Source: Pseudomonadota bacterium
GTDB taxonomy: Bacteria; Myxococcota; JACRCW01; JAFGSX01
Direction: 5' to 3'
Length of the DNA: 64,000 nucleotides
NCBI GenBank assembly: GCA_043821645.1
Contig: JBDRCO010000108.1
Span: 33,161-97,160 of the forward strand
Both the position numbers and the translations under genes were made by a program. The first letter of the stretch is position 1. Each line of letters begins with the position of its first letter. The notes beneath the pieces are model-generated. The model saw only the letters and a list, made by a program, of their open reading frames with translations, was not told the origin of the DNA and searched no databases. Positions 8,961-17,543 of the stretch are shown here, one piece after another.

Positions 8961-10770
8961 CTACAGCTCTTCGCCCGGCTTGCCGGTGCCTTTGAGATCG
9001 ACCTTGCGCATGCGGATGCCGTGGGGTGTGACCTCGACCATCTCGTCGTCGCGGATCCACTCGAGGCTACGCTCCAGGGTCATCTCGCGCGGGGTGGCCA
9101 GGATCTGCTTCTCGTCGCGTCCCGCGGCGCGGATGTTGGTCAGCTTTTTCTCGCGGGCAGCGTGGACCCACAGGTCGTTCTCGCGGTTGTGCTCGCCAAT
9201 GACCATGCCTTGATAGAGCACCGCGCCCACACCGATGAACATCACACCGCGCGGTTGCAGGTGAAACAGGGCATAGGTCGTGCTGCTGCCGCCGCGATCG
9301 GCGACGATGGCCCCGGTGGGACGGTGGCCGATGGGCCCCTGCCAGGGCGTCCAGCCCTCGAACAGGTTGAACATGAGCGCGGTGCCGCGGGTATGGGTCA
9401 GGATATGGCCACGCAGACCCAGCATGCCGCGAGTGGGGGATGGTGTACTCGAGACGGATGCGGTCACCCTCGTAGCGCTGCTCTTCCATGCGCGCCCGGC
9501 GCGGACCCAGGAGCTCGCTCACCGCTCCCAGGTGCTCGGCCGGCACGTCGACGACGAGGCGCTCGAGAGGTTCCTCGAGACCCTGCGGGCCCTGGCGCGT
9601 GATCACCTGCGGCGTGCGCACACACAGCTCGTAGTCTTCGCGCCTCATGGATTCGATGAGCACGGCCAGCTGCAGCTCGCCACGGGCCAGCACCCGGAAA
9701 CGATCCGGTGTGTCGCCGTCCTCGACCCGGATGCTGACGTTGGCATAGGCCTCGCGCTTGAGACGATCGCGGAGGTGCCGGCTGGTCACGTAGCGGCCGC
9801 CGCTGCGCCCGGCCAGGGGGCCGTCGTTGACCTGGAACACCATGGCCACGGTGGGCTCGTCGATGACAACGGGGGGCAGATGGCGAGGTGCCTCGGGCGC
9901 GGACAGGGTATCCCCGACGTCGACCTCGGCGACGCCTGCAAGCGCCACGATGTCTCCCGCCGCGGCAGAGTCCAGGTCCAGCCTCTGCACGCCGCGATAG
10001 GTGTAGACCCCCACGATGCGCACCTGCTGATCGCGCCCCGGTCCACCCACGTGCACGGACTGGTTGGGCCGGATCTGGCCGGCCAGCACGCGGCCTATCA
10101 CCAGACGTCCGACGTAGTCGTCATAGCCGAGCCGGTTGACCTGCATGAGAAAGGGCTGGTCCCGGGTGTCGTCGGGTGGAGGCACGGTGTTCAGGACCGC
10201 GTCGACCAGAGGCCGCAGGTTGACCCCGGGCACCGCCAGATCCGTGGTCGCAGTTCCGGCGCGGGCATTGGTGTACAGGACGGGAAGGTCGAGTACCTCG
10301 TCCCCGGCGCCCAGGGCCAGGAACAGGTCATAGACCTCGTCGAGCACGGCCTCGGGACGCGCATCGCTGCGATCGATCTTGTTGATGACCACGATGGCCG
10401 GCAGTTTGCGTTCGAGTGCCTTGCGCAGCACGAAGCGGGTCTGCGGCAAGGGACCTTCGGCCGCGTCCACCAGCAGTAACACGCCATCGACCATGTGCAG
10501 GCTGCGCTCGACTTCACCGCCGAAGTCGGCGTGGCCTGGGGTGTCGACGAGCTGCAGGGTCACGTCGCCGAAGCGCACGCTGGTGGCCTTGGCCAGGATG
10601 GTGATGCCGCGCTCACGCTCCTGATCGCTTTGATCCATCAGGCACTCGGCGACCACCTGGTTGTCGCGGAACATACCGCCCTGACGGAACAGCGCGTCGA
10701 CCAGTGTGGTCTTGCCATGATCGACGTGAGCGATGATGGCGATGTTTCTCAGGTCGTGACGTATTGGCAT
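8961..10770 (-). pseudogene. typA: typA/bipA translational GTPase interrupted by a frameshift at a homopolymer (minus-strand C5; plus-strand G5 at ~9435-9439)
   Basis: N-terminal ORF (10770 down to the shift) reads 'MPIRHDLRNIAIIAHVDHGKTTLVDALF...RLEYTIPHSRHAG...' and then degenerates. The overlapping ORF 8961..9467 in another frame continues as canonical BipA: '...SPTRGMLGLRGHILTHTRGTALMFNLFEGW...'. Removing one C from CCCCC restores 'EYTIPTRGMLG'. Confidence 0.8.
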
Positions 10771-10869
10771 GCAGCCTTCCTGACAATTCGAAGCGCGCAC
10801 ATGTGAGGCATCGAGCGCGACCTGTCAATCGGCGATGCACGGCGCCTGCCCCTGCGCTATGGTCGGGGC

Positions 10870-11613
10870 ATGCGTGAGTTCTCCTTTGACTACGACCAAG
10901 TCCCGCCGGGTTACTACGACCGCATCGCGCGGCAGGGCACCGGCCTGCAGCGCGCCTGGCACGTGCACAAGTTCGAGTTTCTGATCGACACCCTGGGCCA
11001 CCACTTCGGTCAGGATCCGATGCATGTGCTCGACCTGGGCTGCGGGCCCGGCACCCTGCTCGGCATGCTCCGCGATCGGTTGACCATCACCGGAGTCGGA
11101 GTGGACATCGCCTCGGGGCAGCTCGAATACGCCCAGCGGACCTATGGCTCCGATGCGCTCCGATTCCTGGCCGCATCCTTCGAGGCCGAGGAGGTGCAGG
11201 ACGAGATGTCCCGCGCCGATGCCATCACCCTGGTCGAGGTGGTGGAACATCTGCCTCTGGATTATGTGTATCGCACCCTGAGTACGATTCACGCTCGCAT
11301 GAAGAAGGGGGCGATGCTCGTAATCACCACCCCCAACTACCTCAGCATCTGGCCGGTGCTCGAACGAGCCATCTCGGTCCTGGGCGAGCTCAACTACGAG
11401 GAGCAGCACATCCTGCACTTCAACCGCATCAAGCTGGTCAACCTGCTGGCGACAGTTGGCTTCGATGATATCCAGGTGCAGTCCTTCATGCAGTTCTCGC
11501 CCTTTGTCGCGGGTGTCCTCGGGTCGTCAGTGGGTCGCCTGGCCCGGAGAATCGAACAGCGAACCCTGCGTCATGCAGGTCCTCTGCTGTGCGCCCGGAC
11601 GGTCAAGATCTGA
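10870..11613 (+). CDS. Class I SAM-dependent methyltransferase
   Basis: Motif I 'VLDLGCGPGTL', post-I acidic 'VGVDIA', motif II region 'ITLVEVVEHL'. Confidence 0.7.
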   Translation: MREFSFDYDQVPPGYYDRIARQGTGLQRAWHVHKFEFLIDTLGHHFGQDPMHVLDLGCGPGTLLGMLRDRLTITGVGVDIASGQLEYAQRTYGSDALRFLAASFEAEEVQDEMSRADAITLVEVVEHLPLDYVYRTLSTIHARMKKGAMLVITTPNYLSIWPVLERAISVLGELNYEEQHILHFNRIKLVNLLATVGFDDIQVQSFMQFSPFVAGVLGSSVGRLARRIEQRTLRHAGPLLCARTVKI

Positions 11614-11660
11614 TTCCGCCGCTCGCCCGTGTTGAACCCGTCTCCATCCGGCCGCGCTGT

Positions 11661-12470
11661 TCAGGAGCGCGCCACCCATCGCCGGGCCTGAAGCTGGGCC
11701 GGGTCCATGCTCTTGCTGCGGCGTCGGCCCCGGCCAGGCGCCTGGGCTTCCTCGACGGTCTCGGGCAAGCGCAGCAAGGCGCCATAGCGCGCGTGCAGTT
11801 CGAGCATGTCTTGCAGGTATTCCGGGGACACGGTCTTGAGCTCATCAAACAGGCGGGCCACCAGCAGCGAGGGGTTGTAGGGCCCTGCAACCTCGGGCCG
11901 CCTGCGGGCTGCGCGGCGCAGCGAGGTGATGGTGCGAGTGCCGCGACTGGCGTGCTCGAGGAGCAGCACGCCTAGCACCTGGGCCAGGGTGCGCCCGCCT
12001 TCGGCCAGAGCGGTGGCCGTGGTCACGTCGACGGGTCCGAGGAGCAGATCGAGGCGCGCCTCCAGCGCCGCCGGGAGCCGCAGACCACGCTGGCGCAGGG
12101 CCCGGTTCAGAACCTGCAGGCGCGTCTGGAGTCCCCGCGCTCGCCGCGGCAAGGCCTGCCCGAGCTGACGGTGGAGCAAGCGAAGAGCTTGGGCATGCTC
12201 ACCGCGATGGGTGGCTTCCTGAACCTGCGTGTCTGCCTGCAGACCTCGACGGCTCAGCACCTCGAGGCTGCGCCTGAGCTCCGCGAAGAGGCCATCGCGG
12301 TGCTCCTCGAGCGTCTTCAGCCTGTCCTCGGCACGTGCCTCGAGACCGACCCCCGCAGCTCCAAGCTCACCGGCGCGCTCGAGCAGACCTTCGACGTAGC
12401 GAAGCTCCGGCAGGTCGTCCGCCGGGGTGGCACGCAGCGCGTCGAGGCGTTCCTGCAGCCCTTTCACGGC
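11661..12470 (-). CDS. Hypothetical protein (DUF2894-like), 4th gene of the MotAB-like operon; start approximate (GTG overlapping the upstream stop)
   Basis: Reading frame 'VTAVKGLQERLDALR...' begins inside the stop region of the OmpA-like gene. Arg/Leu-rich helical protein. The N-terminal 300 aa of the 564-aa six-frame ORF is an artefact. Confidence 0.4.
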   Translation of the reverse strand, partial: AVKGLQERLDALRATPADDLPELRYVEGLLERAGELGAAGVGLEARAEDRLKTLEEHRDGLFAELRRSLEVLSRRGLQADTQVQEATHRGEHAQALRLLHRQLGQALPRRARGLQTRLQVLNRALRQRGLRLPAALEARLDLLLGPVDVTTATALAEGGRTLAQVLGVLLLEHASRGTRTITSLRRAARRRPEVAGPYNPSLLVARLFDELKTVSPEYLQDMLELHARYGALLRLPETVEEAQAPGRGRRRSKSMDPAQLQARRWVARS

Positions 12471-13168
12471 TGTGACTCCACCTGCCGCAGCTCCGGCGTC
12501 ACAACCGCGGCCGTGGCGACATTCTTGGTGTGCACGCGCCGCGGCACTGGCGCGATCTCGACGCGGCGGTTGCGTGCACGGTTGTCGTCGCAGGAGTTGG
12601 GAACCGCAGGATGTTCCGGGCCAAAGGCCGCTGCGAACACCCGCTCCGACGGCAGGCCCATGTCGAGCAGGCTTCGCGCCACGGTGAGGGCACGCTCCGA
12701 CGACAGCTCCCAGTTGTCCCGATAGCGCCGCTGCATGCTCAGGTAGGGCAGATCGTCGGTGAAGCCGCTGACCATGATCAGCATCTCGGCATCGCCCTCG
12801 AGGTAGCGCGCCAGCGGGCCGGCCACTTCCTCGATCAAAGCTTCGGCGCCAGGCTGCAGGTCCGCCGAGTTGAGCTCGAACAGGAGTTGCCCGAGGATGC
12901 CGATGCGTCCCTCCTCGAGGGTGATGCGCCCCTCGGCCAGGGGGCGAGCCAGGGCCTGCTCCAGGGCCTCGCGACGCGCCTGTTCGGCGCCGCGAAGATC
13001 CTGCTCGCGACGCAGGGACTCGGCGAGATCGAGCTGGAACACCATCGCCCACACGAAGAGCAGCGCGAACAGGCCCAGCAATCCCGCCATGAGATCGCCG
13101 AAGAACACCCAGGCCAGGGGCGACTCCATCCGCGATGGGGAGGTCTGGGCGTCCGGAAGCAAGCTCAT
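12464..13168 (-). CDS. MotB/TolR-like stator subunit with C-terminal OmpA-family peptidoglycan-binding domain
   Basis: N-terminal TM helix preceded by a conserved Asp: 'WVFFGDLMAGLLGLFALLFVWAMVF' (compare MotB D32 and TolR D23). C-terminus shows the OmpA_C-like motif '...LIMVSGFTDDLPY...NWELSSERALTVARSLL...ARNRRVEI'. Confidence 0.8.
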   Translation of the reverse strand: MSLLPDAQTSPSRMESPLAWVFFGDLMAGLLGLFALLFVWAMVFQLDLAESLRREQDLRGAEQARREALEQALARPLAEGRITLEEGRIGILGQLLFELNSADLQPGAEALIEEVAGPLARYLEGDAEMLIMVSGFTDDLPYLSMQRRYRDNWELSSERALTVARSLLDMGLPSERVFAAAFGPEHPAVPNSCDDNRARNRRVEIAPVPRRVHTKNVATAAVVTPELRQVESQP

Positions 13169-15384
13169 GCGTGCTCCTCGCCGCGCAGGGTCTGCAGCTC
13201 CGCGAATAGCTCCTGCTGAAACTGCAGCGAATGGTCCACCGCGTCCCGGGTCTGGTCCAGGTACTCGGCCAGTTGATCCACGCTGGCGTGGCCCAGCTCG
13301 CGCAGGGTGCCATCGAGGCGTCCGAGCTGATCGAACCAGCGCTCGCTGCCCTCACGATAGCGGTCGACGGCCCGCACCAGCAGTTCGGCAGCCAGGGTCA
13401 ACTCGCCGCCACCGACTCCGAGCAGCAACACCACCTCGTTCAGCAAACTTGCGAGGCCATCGAGCTCGCGGCGTGGGCCCTCGATGGCGGTGCGCAGCGA
13501 CTCCGCCAGGCGCATGCCTTCGTCGGAGCGCGCCACGGCCAGCCGCTCCTCGAGGTCGACCATGGCCGCGTGCTGGCTCGCCACGGCCTGCCCTACCTGG
13601 GTGGCCAGCGCGGCCAGGCGCGCACCCTCGACCTCCCGTGCCGTCGTCAGCCGCTCCTCGAGTTCGACCAGTCCCTGCTGCTGGCTCGCCATGGCCTGCC
13701 CCACCTGGGCGGCGAGCGTGGCCAGGTGCTCGTCGGTGTGCTGGCGCGAACGTTCGAGCTGCTCGGCGCTGCGCGTGGCCAGGGTCGCCAGAGCCTCCGC
13801 CTGGCCCCGGGTCGCACTGTCGAGGGCACTGGCAGTCCGGGCGAAGCTCTGCTGCAGGTCCCCGGCGCGGCCCGACGCCTGAGCGTCCAGCTGCTCGAGG
13901 GTCGCGCACATGGCCTCGACCTGGTGCTGCAGCGCCGCAGCCTGGGCTTCGACGTGGTGTTGCAACGCCGCGGTCTGGGCCTCGCCCTGGGCACGCCACT
14001 GGGCCAGGGCCTCGGCCGTGCTCTCGAGCCCACCGCGCAGCGCCTCGGTCCGGACACGCTCCACCTCGTGCATCCATGCTTGCTGGAGTGCGCGCTGGTC
14101 CTCCAGCAGCTGGCCCGTGCGCTCCAGCTGCCCCTCGATGGCCAGCGCCGCATGCTCGCCCAGGGTCTGCCCCAGAGGAGCCAGCACCTCGCGCAGCGCG
14201 ATGGCCACGCGTTCGGTGCCCTCGACGATGCGCTGCTGGATCTCGGCCGACCCGTCGCGCCAGCTGCGACTCATGTCGTCGTGGAGCGCCGCGGTCGCGG
14301 CCTGGAGATCCTGGCCGAGCGTCTGCAAGGTCGTTGCACTCTGGGCGAGAAGGTCCAGCTGGCGTGCCGAGTCCGCGGCGAGCGTCGAGCTCAGCCCGGC
14401 CACGGCATCCTGCAGGGCCGTGCTGCTGTCTCGTGTCGAGACACGCTGCTCGTCGCGCAATGTCGTCGAGAGAGCGGCGATGGAGCTCACCAGGGCCTGA
14501 CCCTGGGTCTGCAACTGCGCGTTGAGCACCTCGCCAGCACCCGAGACAGCCGCTGCCTGGGCTTCGAGCTGGGCCTGGTGATTGTCCCGCAGGACCCGAT
14601 CGAGCTGGCTGAGCTGTGTGGCCTGGGTCTCGAGCTGCTGCTGCTGCGCCCGCGCCAGGTTGGTCTCGAGTGCCGCCATGCGCTCCACCGCCTGGTTCAG
14701 CGCCTCGGCGGCACGCGGCAGGGCCTCGCTGCCCTTCGCCATGGCCTCGATGGCGGCGAGCTGGCGTGCATCGGGACCCTGGCTGGCCAGGGGACCTGCG
14801 ACCCAGCGCTCGAGCTGGAGCTGCAAGAAGCGCTGGCGCCGCGCGCCGACCACGGCAGCCAGACCCAGGGCGGCAGAACCCGCCACGCCGGCCAGCGATG
14901 TGCCGAAGGCGCGGCTGAGCCCACCCAGGGGGCTCAGCAGGGCGGCGCGCATGGCGTCGATGTCACTGGTCGTGGCCAGGGCCGCGCGGGCTCCCCCCAA
15001 GGTCTGCACCAGACCGAGAAAGGTTCCGACCAGACCGAGCATGACCAGCAGACCCACCAGATAAGGAGCGAACACCGGTTGAGGCCAGGCCGCGGCGCGG
15101 CGGTGCAAGGTCGCCTCCAGCAAGCCCCGGACGGGTGCCGGTGCCGCGCCGGGACCCTCGCCGACACGGCTCTCGAAGGCGCGAAAGGCCAGGTCCAGAC
15201 CGTCGAGGGCGGCGGCGACGCGATCCAGCTCCAGCAAGCCCGCCAGCAGCCCCGCCCCCACCAGAAGCACCAGCACCAGGGCGGTGGTGTCCTCGCCGCG
15301 GTAACTCAACGCCACCGGCAGCACCAGTCCCAGACCCAGGGCCCCCACGAGCCACGTCATCAGGCGTGTCATGTGCGCTCTCAC
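13165..15384 (-). CDS. MotA/TolQ/ExbB-like ion-channel subunit (4 TM helices) fused to a ~550-aa repetitive coiled-coil tail (DUF802-like and ZorA-like architecture)
   Basis: N-terminal TMs include 'YLVGLLVMLGLVGTFLGLVQTLGG', matching the MotA/ExbB/TolQ 'GLxGTVxG' signature helix. The remainder is Ala/Gln/Leu-rich heptad coiled-coil with internal ~40-aa duplications. 4-bp overlaps with both neighbouring genes. Confidence 0.7.
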   Translation of the reverse strand: MRAHMTRLMTWLVGALGLGLVLPVALSYRGEDTTALVLVLLVGAGLLAGLLELDRVAAALDGLDLAFRAFESRVGEGPGAAPAPVRGLLEATLHRRAAAWPQPVFAPYLVGLLVMLGLVGTFLGLVQTLGGARAALATTSDIDAMRAALLSPLGGLSRAFGTSLAGVAGSAALGLAAVVGARRQRFLQLQLERWVAGPLASQGPDARQLAAIEAMAKGSEALPRAAEALNQAVERMAALETNLARAQQQQLETQATQLSQLDRVLRDNHQAQLEAQAAAVSGAGEVLNAQLQTQGQALVSSIAALSTTLRDEQRVSTRDSSTALQDAVAGLSSTLAADSARQLDLLAQSATTLQTLGQDLQAATAALHDDMSRSWRDGSAEIQQRIVEGTERVAIALREVLAPLGQTLGEHAALAIEGQLERTGQLLEDQRALQQAWMHEVERVRTEALRGGLESTAEALAQWRAQGEAQTAALQHHVEAQAAALQHQVEAMCATLEQLDAQASGRAGDLQQSFARTASALDSATRGQAEALATLATRSAEQLERSRQHTDEHLATLAAQVGQAMASQQQGLVELEERLTTAREVEGARLAALATQVGQAVASQHAAMVDLEERLAVARSDEGMRLAESLRTAIEGPRRELDGLASLLNEVVLLLGVGGGELTLAAELLVRAVDRYREGSERWFDQLGRLDGTLRELGHASVDQLAEYLDQTRDAVDHSLQFQQELFAELQTLRGEEHA
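13480..13760. repeat. Internal tandem duplication (~120-bp period) within the coiled-coil tail region of the MotA-like gene
   Basis: Protein blocks 'EHLATLAAQVGQAMASQQQGLVELEERLTTAREVEGARLAALATQVGQAVASQHAAMVDLEERLAVARSDEGMRLA' and matching near-identical DNA segments (ctcgaggtcgaccatggccgc... / ctcgagttcgaccagtccctgc...). Confidence 0.5.
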
Positions 15385-16265
15385 GCGTCGGCGAGGGCCA
15401 GCTCGCCGTCCGCTCCGTCGTGATTCATTTTTGTCGTCGGTTCTGCACTCGCTCGCAGCAGGGCGTCGATGCGCGAGCGCGCCAGGACGAGCATGGTCTG
15501 CGCCACCTGCTGCCCGAGCTCGAAGTGCACATGCACCCAGCCACCTGGCTCGAGGACCACGGCCAGGGCTTCGGGCGAGGACACCGGGCCGGAGCCCAGG
15601 GCCAGCTGCAGCCCACGTTCAAAGGCGGCATGGTAGGCCACCACCAGGCGCGCTTGCAGGCGCTCGAGGTCGCCGTGTGTCGCCGCCAGCAGAGCCGCAT
15701 CCAGCCTCTCCAGTCGCACCTGCCGCGGGCCCAGTGTGCGCAGGGCAGCGCCCAGGGGACGCCGCACGCGGGCCACCTCTCGCGGGATGAGCAGCAGGGC
15801 CTGTCGCAGGCGCAGGTCGAAGGGTGCAGCCATGCGATCCACCTGGCTGGTGTCCAGGGCACCGCGCGCCGTCAGTACACGATGCAGGCGGAACGGCGAC
15901 AGCATGCCACCCACACCCGCACCCTGGAGCTGGACCTGCAGCAGATTGGCCACACCCGCCAGCTCTTCCCGCGCCCTGGCGCGGATGCCCTCGAGGGTCG
16001 CGGGCCAGGGCCTCTCGTCCGTCTCCGACGTGGCGGCCGCTGCCTCCACACCCTCTGGCGACTGCGCTACGCCCGACCGCAGGGCAGCCTCGAGCGCGAT
16101 ACCACCGCGGAAATCGATGAGCGAGGTCAGGAAGACCGCGGGGTCCACGCCACGCTCCATCCCGAGAGCTTCGCGCTGGCCGGTGGACTGGCCAAGCAGG
16201 GCTCCCGCCAGGCGAAGGCGACGCACCACCGTGTCCAGGCTATCGACAAAGAGATCGAGCTGCAT
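15381..16265 (-). CDS. Hypothetical protein (DUF3348-like), first gene of the MotAB-like operon
   Basis: 294-aa Arg/Leu/Ala-rich protein with no TM segment and no catalytic motif. Its stop overlaps the start of the MotA-like gene. Confidence 0.4.
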   Translation of the reverse strand: MQLDLFVDSLDTVVRRLRLAGALLGQSTGQREALGMERGVDPAVFLTSLIDFRGGIALEAALRSGVAQSPEGVEAAAATSETDERPWPATLEGIRARAREELAGVANLLQVQLQGAGVGGMLSPFRLHRVLTARGALDTSQVDRMAAPFDLRLRQALLLIPREVARVRRPLGAALRTLGPRQVRLERLDAALLAATHGDLERLQARLVVAYHAAFERGLQLALGSGPVSSPEALAVVLEPGGWVHVHFELGQQVAQTMLVLARSRIDALLRASAEPTTKMNHDGADGELALADA

Positions 16266-16469
16266 GAGGGGTGCGTGCCTAGCGCCTCTTCACCGGCGTG
16301 GCAAGTCGCGAAGACGGTTCCGCGGCAGGGCGCTGATCCTGGCTTGACGGCGTGCACCCCACGTGACCATCCCTTGTGCATGACAAGCGACCGACAGCAC
16401 CCGACCACTCCCGCGCACACCACCGCCCAGGCAGCGGGCGGGAGCTGATGCGCGAGCGCGCCGACCCGG
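16266..16469. promoter_or_regulatory. ~200-bp divergent intergenic region between the MotAB-like operon (minus strand) and hgcAB (plus strand); presumed to hold both promoters
   Basis: This is the only sizeable non-coding gap in the region. No consensus promoter could be read confidently. Confidence 0.3.
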
Positions 16470-17543
16470 GTGGTCAGGCCACGGCTGGATCAAGCTTTTG
16501 TCGACGGTGTGGTCCCCACGGCCGTGGGCCTGGTGCCCCGCGTCACCTCGCTCCTGAGCAGTGCGGATCGATGGAATGCCACCAAGGTGCGCTGGCGCTT
16601 CGGCCGCGACGACTACCGCGTGGATCCCGGCCTGTATGCCCTCCACCATCCGGATGCCGACGCGCCTGTGCTGGTCACCGCCAACTACAAGCTCAGCTTC
16701 GACGCACTGCGTGAGCCGCTGGCCGAGCTCAACGCGTGGATCCTCGTGCTCGACACCCGTGGCATCAACGTCTGGTGCGCCGCCGGCAAGGGAAGCTTCT
16801 CCACCGACGAGGTGGTGCGCCAGGTCGAGGCGAGCCGCCTGGCCAGCCTGGTCTCGCACCGCACCCTGGTGCTGCCCCAGCTCGGCGCGCCCGGCGTGGC
16901 CGCCCACGAGGTCAAGTCCGGCTGCGGCTTCAAGGTGCGCTACGGCCCCATCCGCAGCGACGATGTGCCGGCCTTTCTGGCGGCGGGTTCGCGCGCAACG
17001 GCGCAGATGCGACGCAAGAGCTTTGACCTGCGCGAGCGGGTCACCCTGATCCCGGTCGAGCTGGTGGGCGCCTTGCCGGCGGCGGCGGGCGTGCTGATCG
17101 GCGCGGTGCTGCTGGCCGCCCTGGTCTGGCCTGGATCCCTGGCCACCGCGGCCCGGGATCACGGGCTGCCCCTGGCCCTGTCCACGCTGCTCGGATTGAT
17201 CGGCGGCGCGGTGCTGGTGCCGACGCTGCTGCCCTGGCTGCCCGGACGCGCCTTCGCCTTCAAGGGGCTGCTCGCGGGTCTGCCGCTGGTGCTGATCCTG
17301 GTGGCGCTGCTTCGCCCAGAGCACTGGTCGCTATCGACGGGGTTGGAGGCCATGGCCTGGGTGGCTTTGACCGCGGCCGTGGCCAGCTACCTGGGCATGA
17401 TGTTCACGGGTTCGAGCAGTTTCACTTCGCTCTCCGGCGTGCGGCGGGAAATGCGCCTGGCGGTGCCGCTCCAGCTGGCGGGGCTGGTCGTCGCCGTGGC
17501 GACCTGGGTGGGTGCTCGCGTCGTCGCGGGAGGTGGCACGTGA
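16470..17543 (+). CDS. hgcA: HgcA, corrinoid protein of mercury methylation (N-terminal corrinoid-binding domain plus C-terminal multi-TM domain)
   Basis: Diagnostic cap-helix motif 'GINVWCAAGKGSFST'. The conserved N-terminal 'PRV...DRW...YRVDPGLYAL' block resembles HgcA. C-terminal ~150 aa contains 4-5 TM helices. GTG start. Confidence 0.85.
   Translation: MVRPRLDQAFVDGVVPTAVGLVPRVTSLLSSADRWNATKVRWRFGRDDYRVDPGLYALHHPDADAPVLVTANYKLSFDALREPLAELNAWILVLDTRGINVWCAAGKGSFSTDEVVRQVEASRLASLVSHRTLVLPQLGAPGVAAHEVKSGCGFKVRYGPIRSDDVPAFLAAGSRATAQMRRKSFDLRERVTLIPVELVGALPAAAGVLIGAVLLAALVWPGSLATAARDHGLPLALSTLLGLIGGAVLVPTLLPWLPGRAFAFKGLLAGLPLVLILVALLRPEHWSLSTGLEAMAWVALTAAVASYLGMMFTGSSSFTSLSGVRREMRLAVPLQLAGLVVAVATWVGARVVAGGGT

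Noticed and set aside
9067-9467. Overlapping typA fragments interpreted as two separate genes or programmed frameshifting
   Set aside because: A single-base change in a homopolymer rejoins a canonical full-length TypA. No slippery heptamer or stimulatory structure typical of programmed frameshifting is present.
11661-13355. 564-aa minus-strand ORF spanning the OmpA-like gene
   Set aside because: Its N-terminal 300 aa are an out-of-frame read-through over the MotB/OmpA-like gene with a garbage translation. Only the last ~270 aa (11661 to ~12470) form a plausible gene.
13231-15423. Long plus-strand ORF (730 aa) and many other 300-800-aa ORFs antisense to annotated genes (for example 2896-4326, 4097-5218, 9280-10479, 19020-20591, 28156-29766, 37098-39377, 52148-54472, 54129-56108)
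   Set aside because: These are high-GC stop-codon-poor artefacts. They have Arg/Ala/Pro/Gly-biased low-complexity translations, lie fully antisense to genes with clear family motifs, and lack start or RBS context.
11661-16265. Calling the MotA/MotB-like operon a Zorya defence system
   Set aside because: ZorA/ZorB-like lengths and domains are present, but no ZorC (EH-signature), ZorD (SNF2 helicase/nuclease) or ZorE (HNH) homologue is encoded. The flanking genes are small helical proteins, so only the architectural resemblance is reported.
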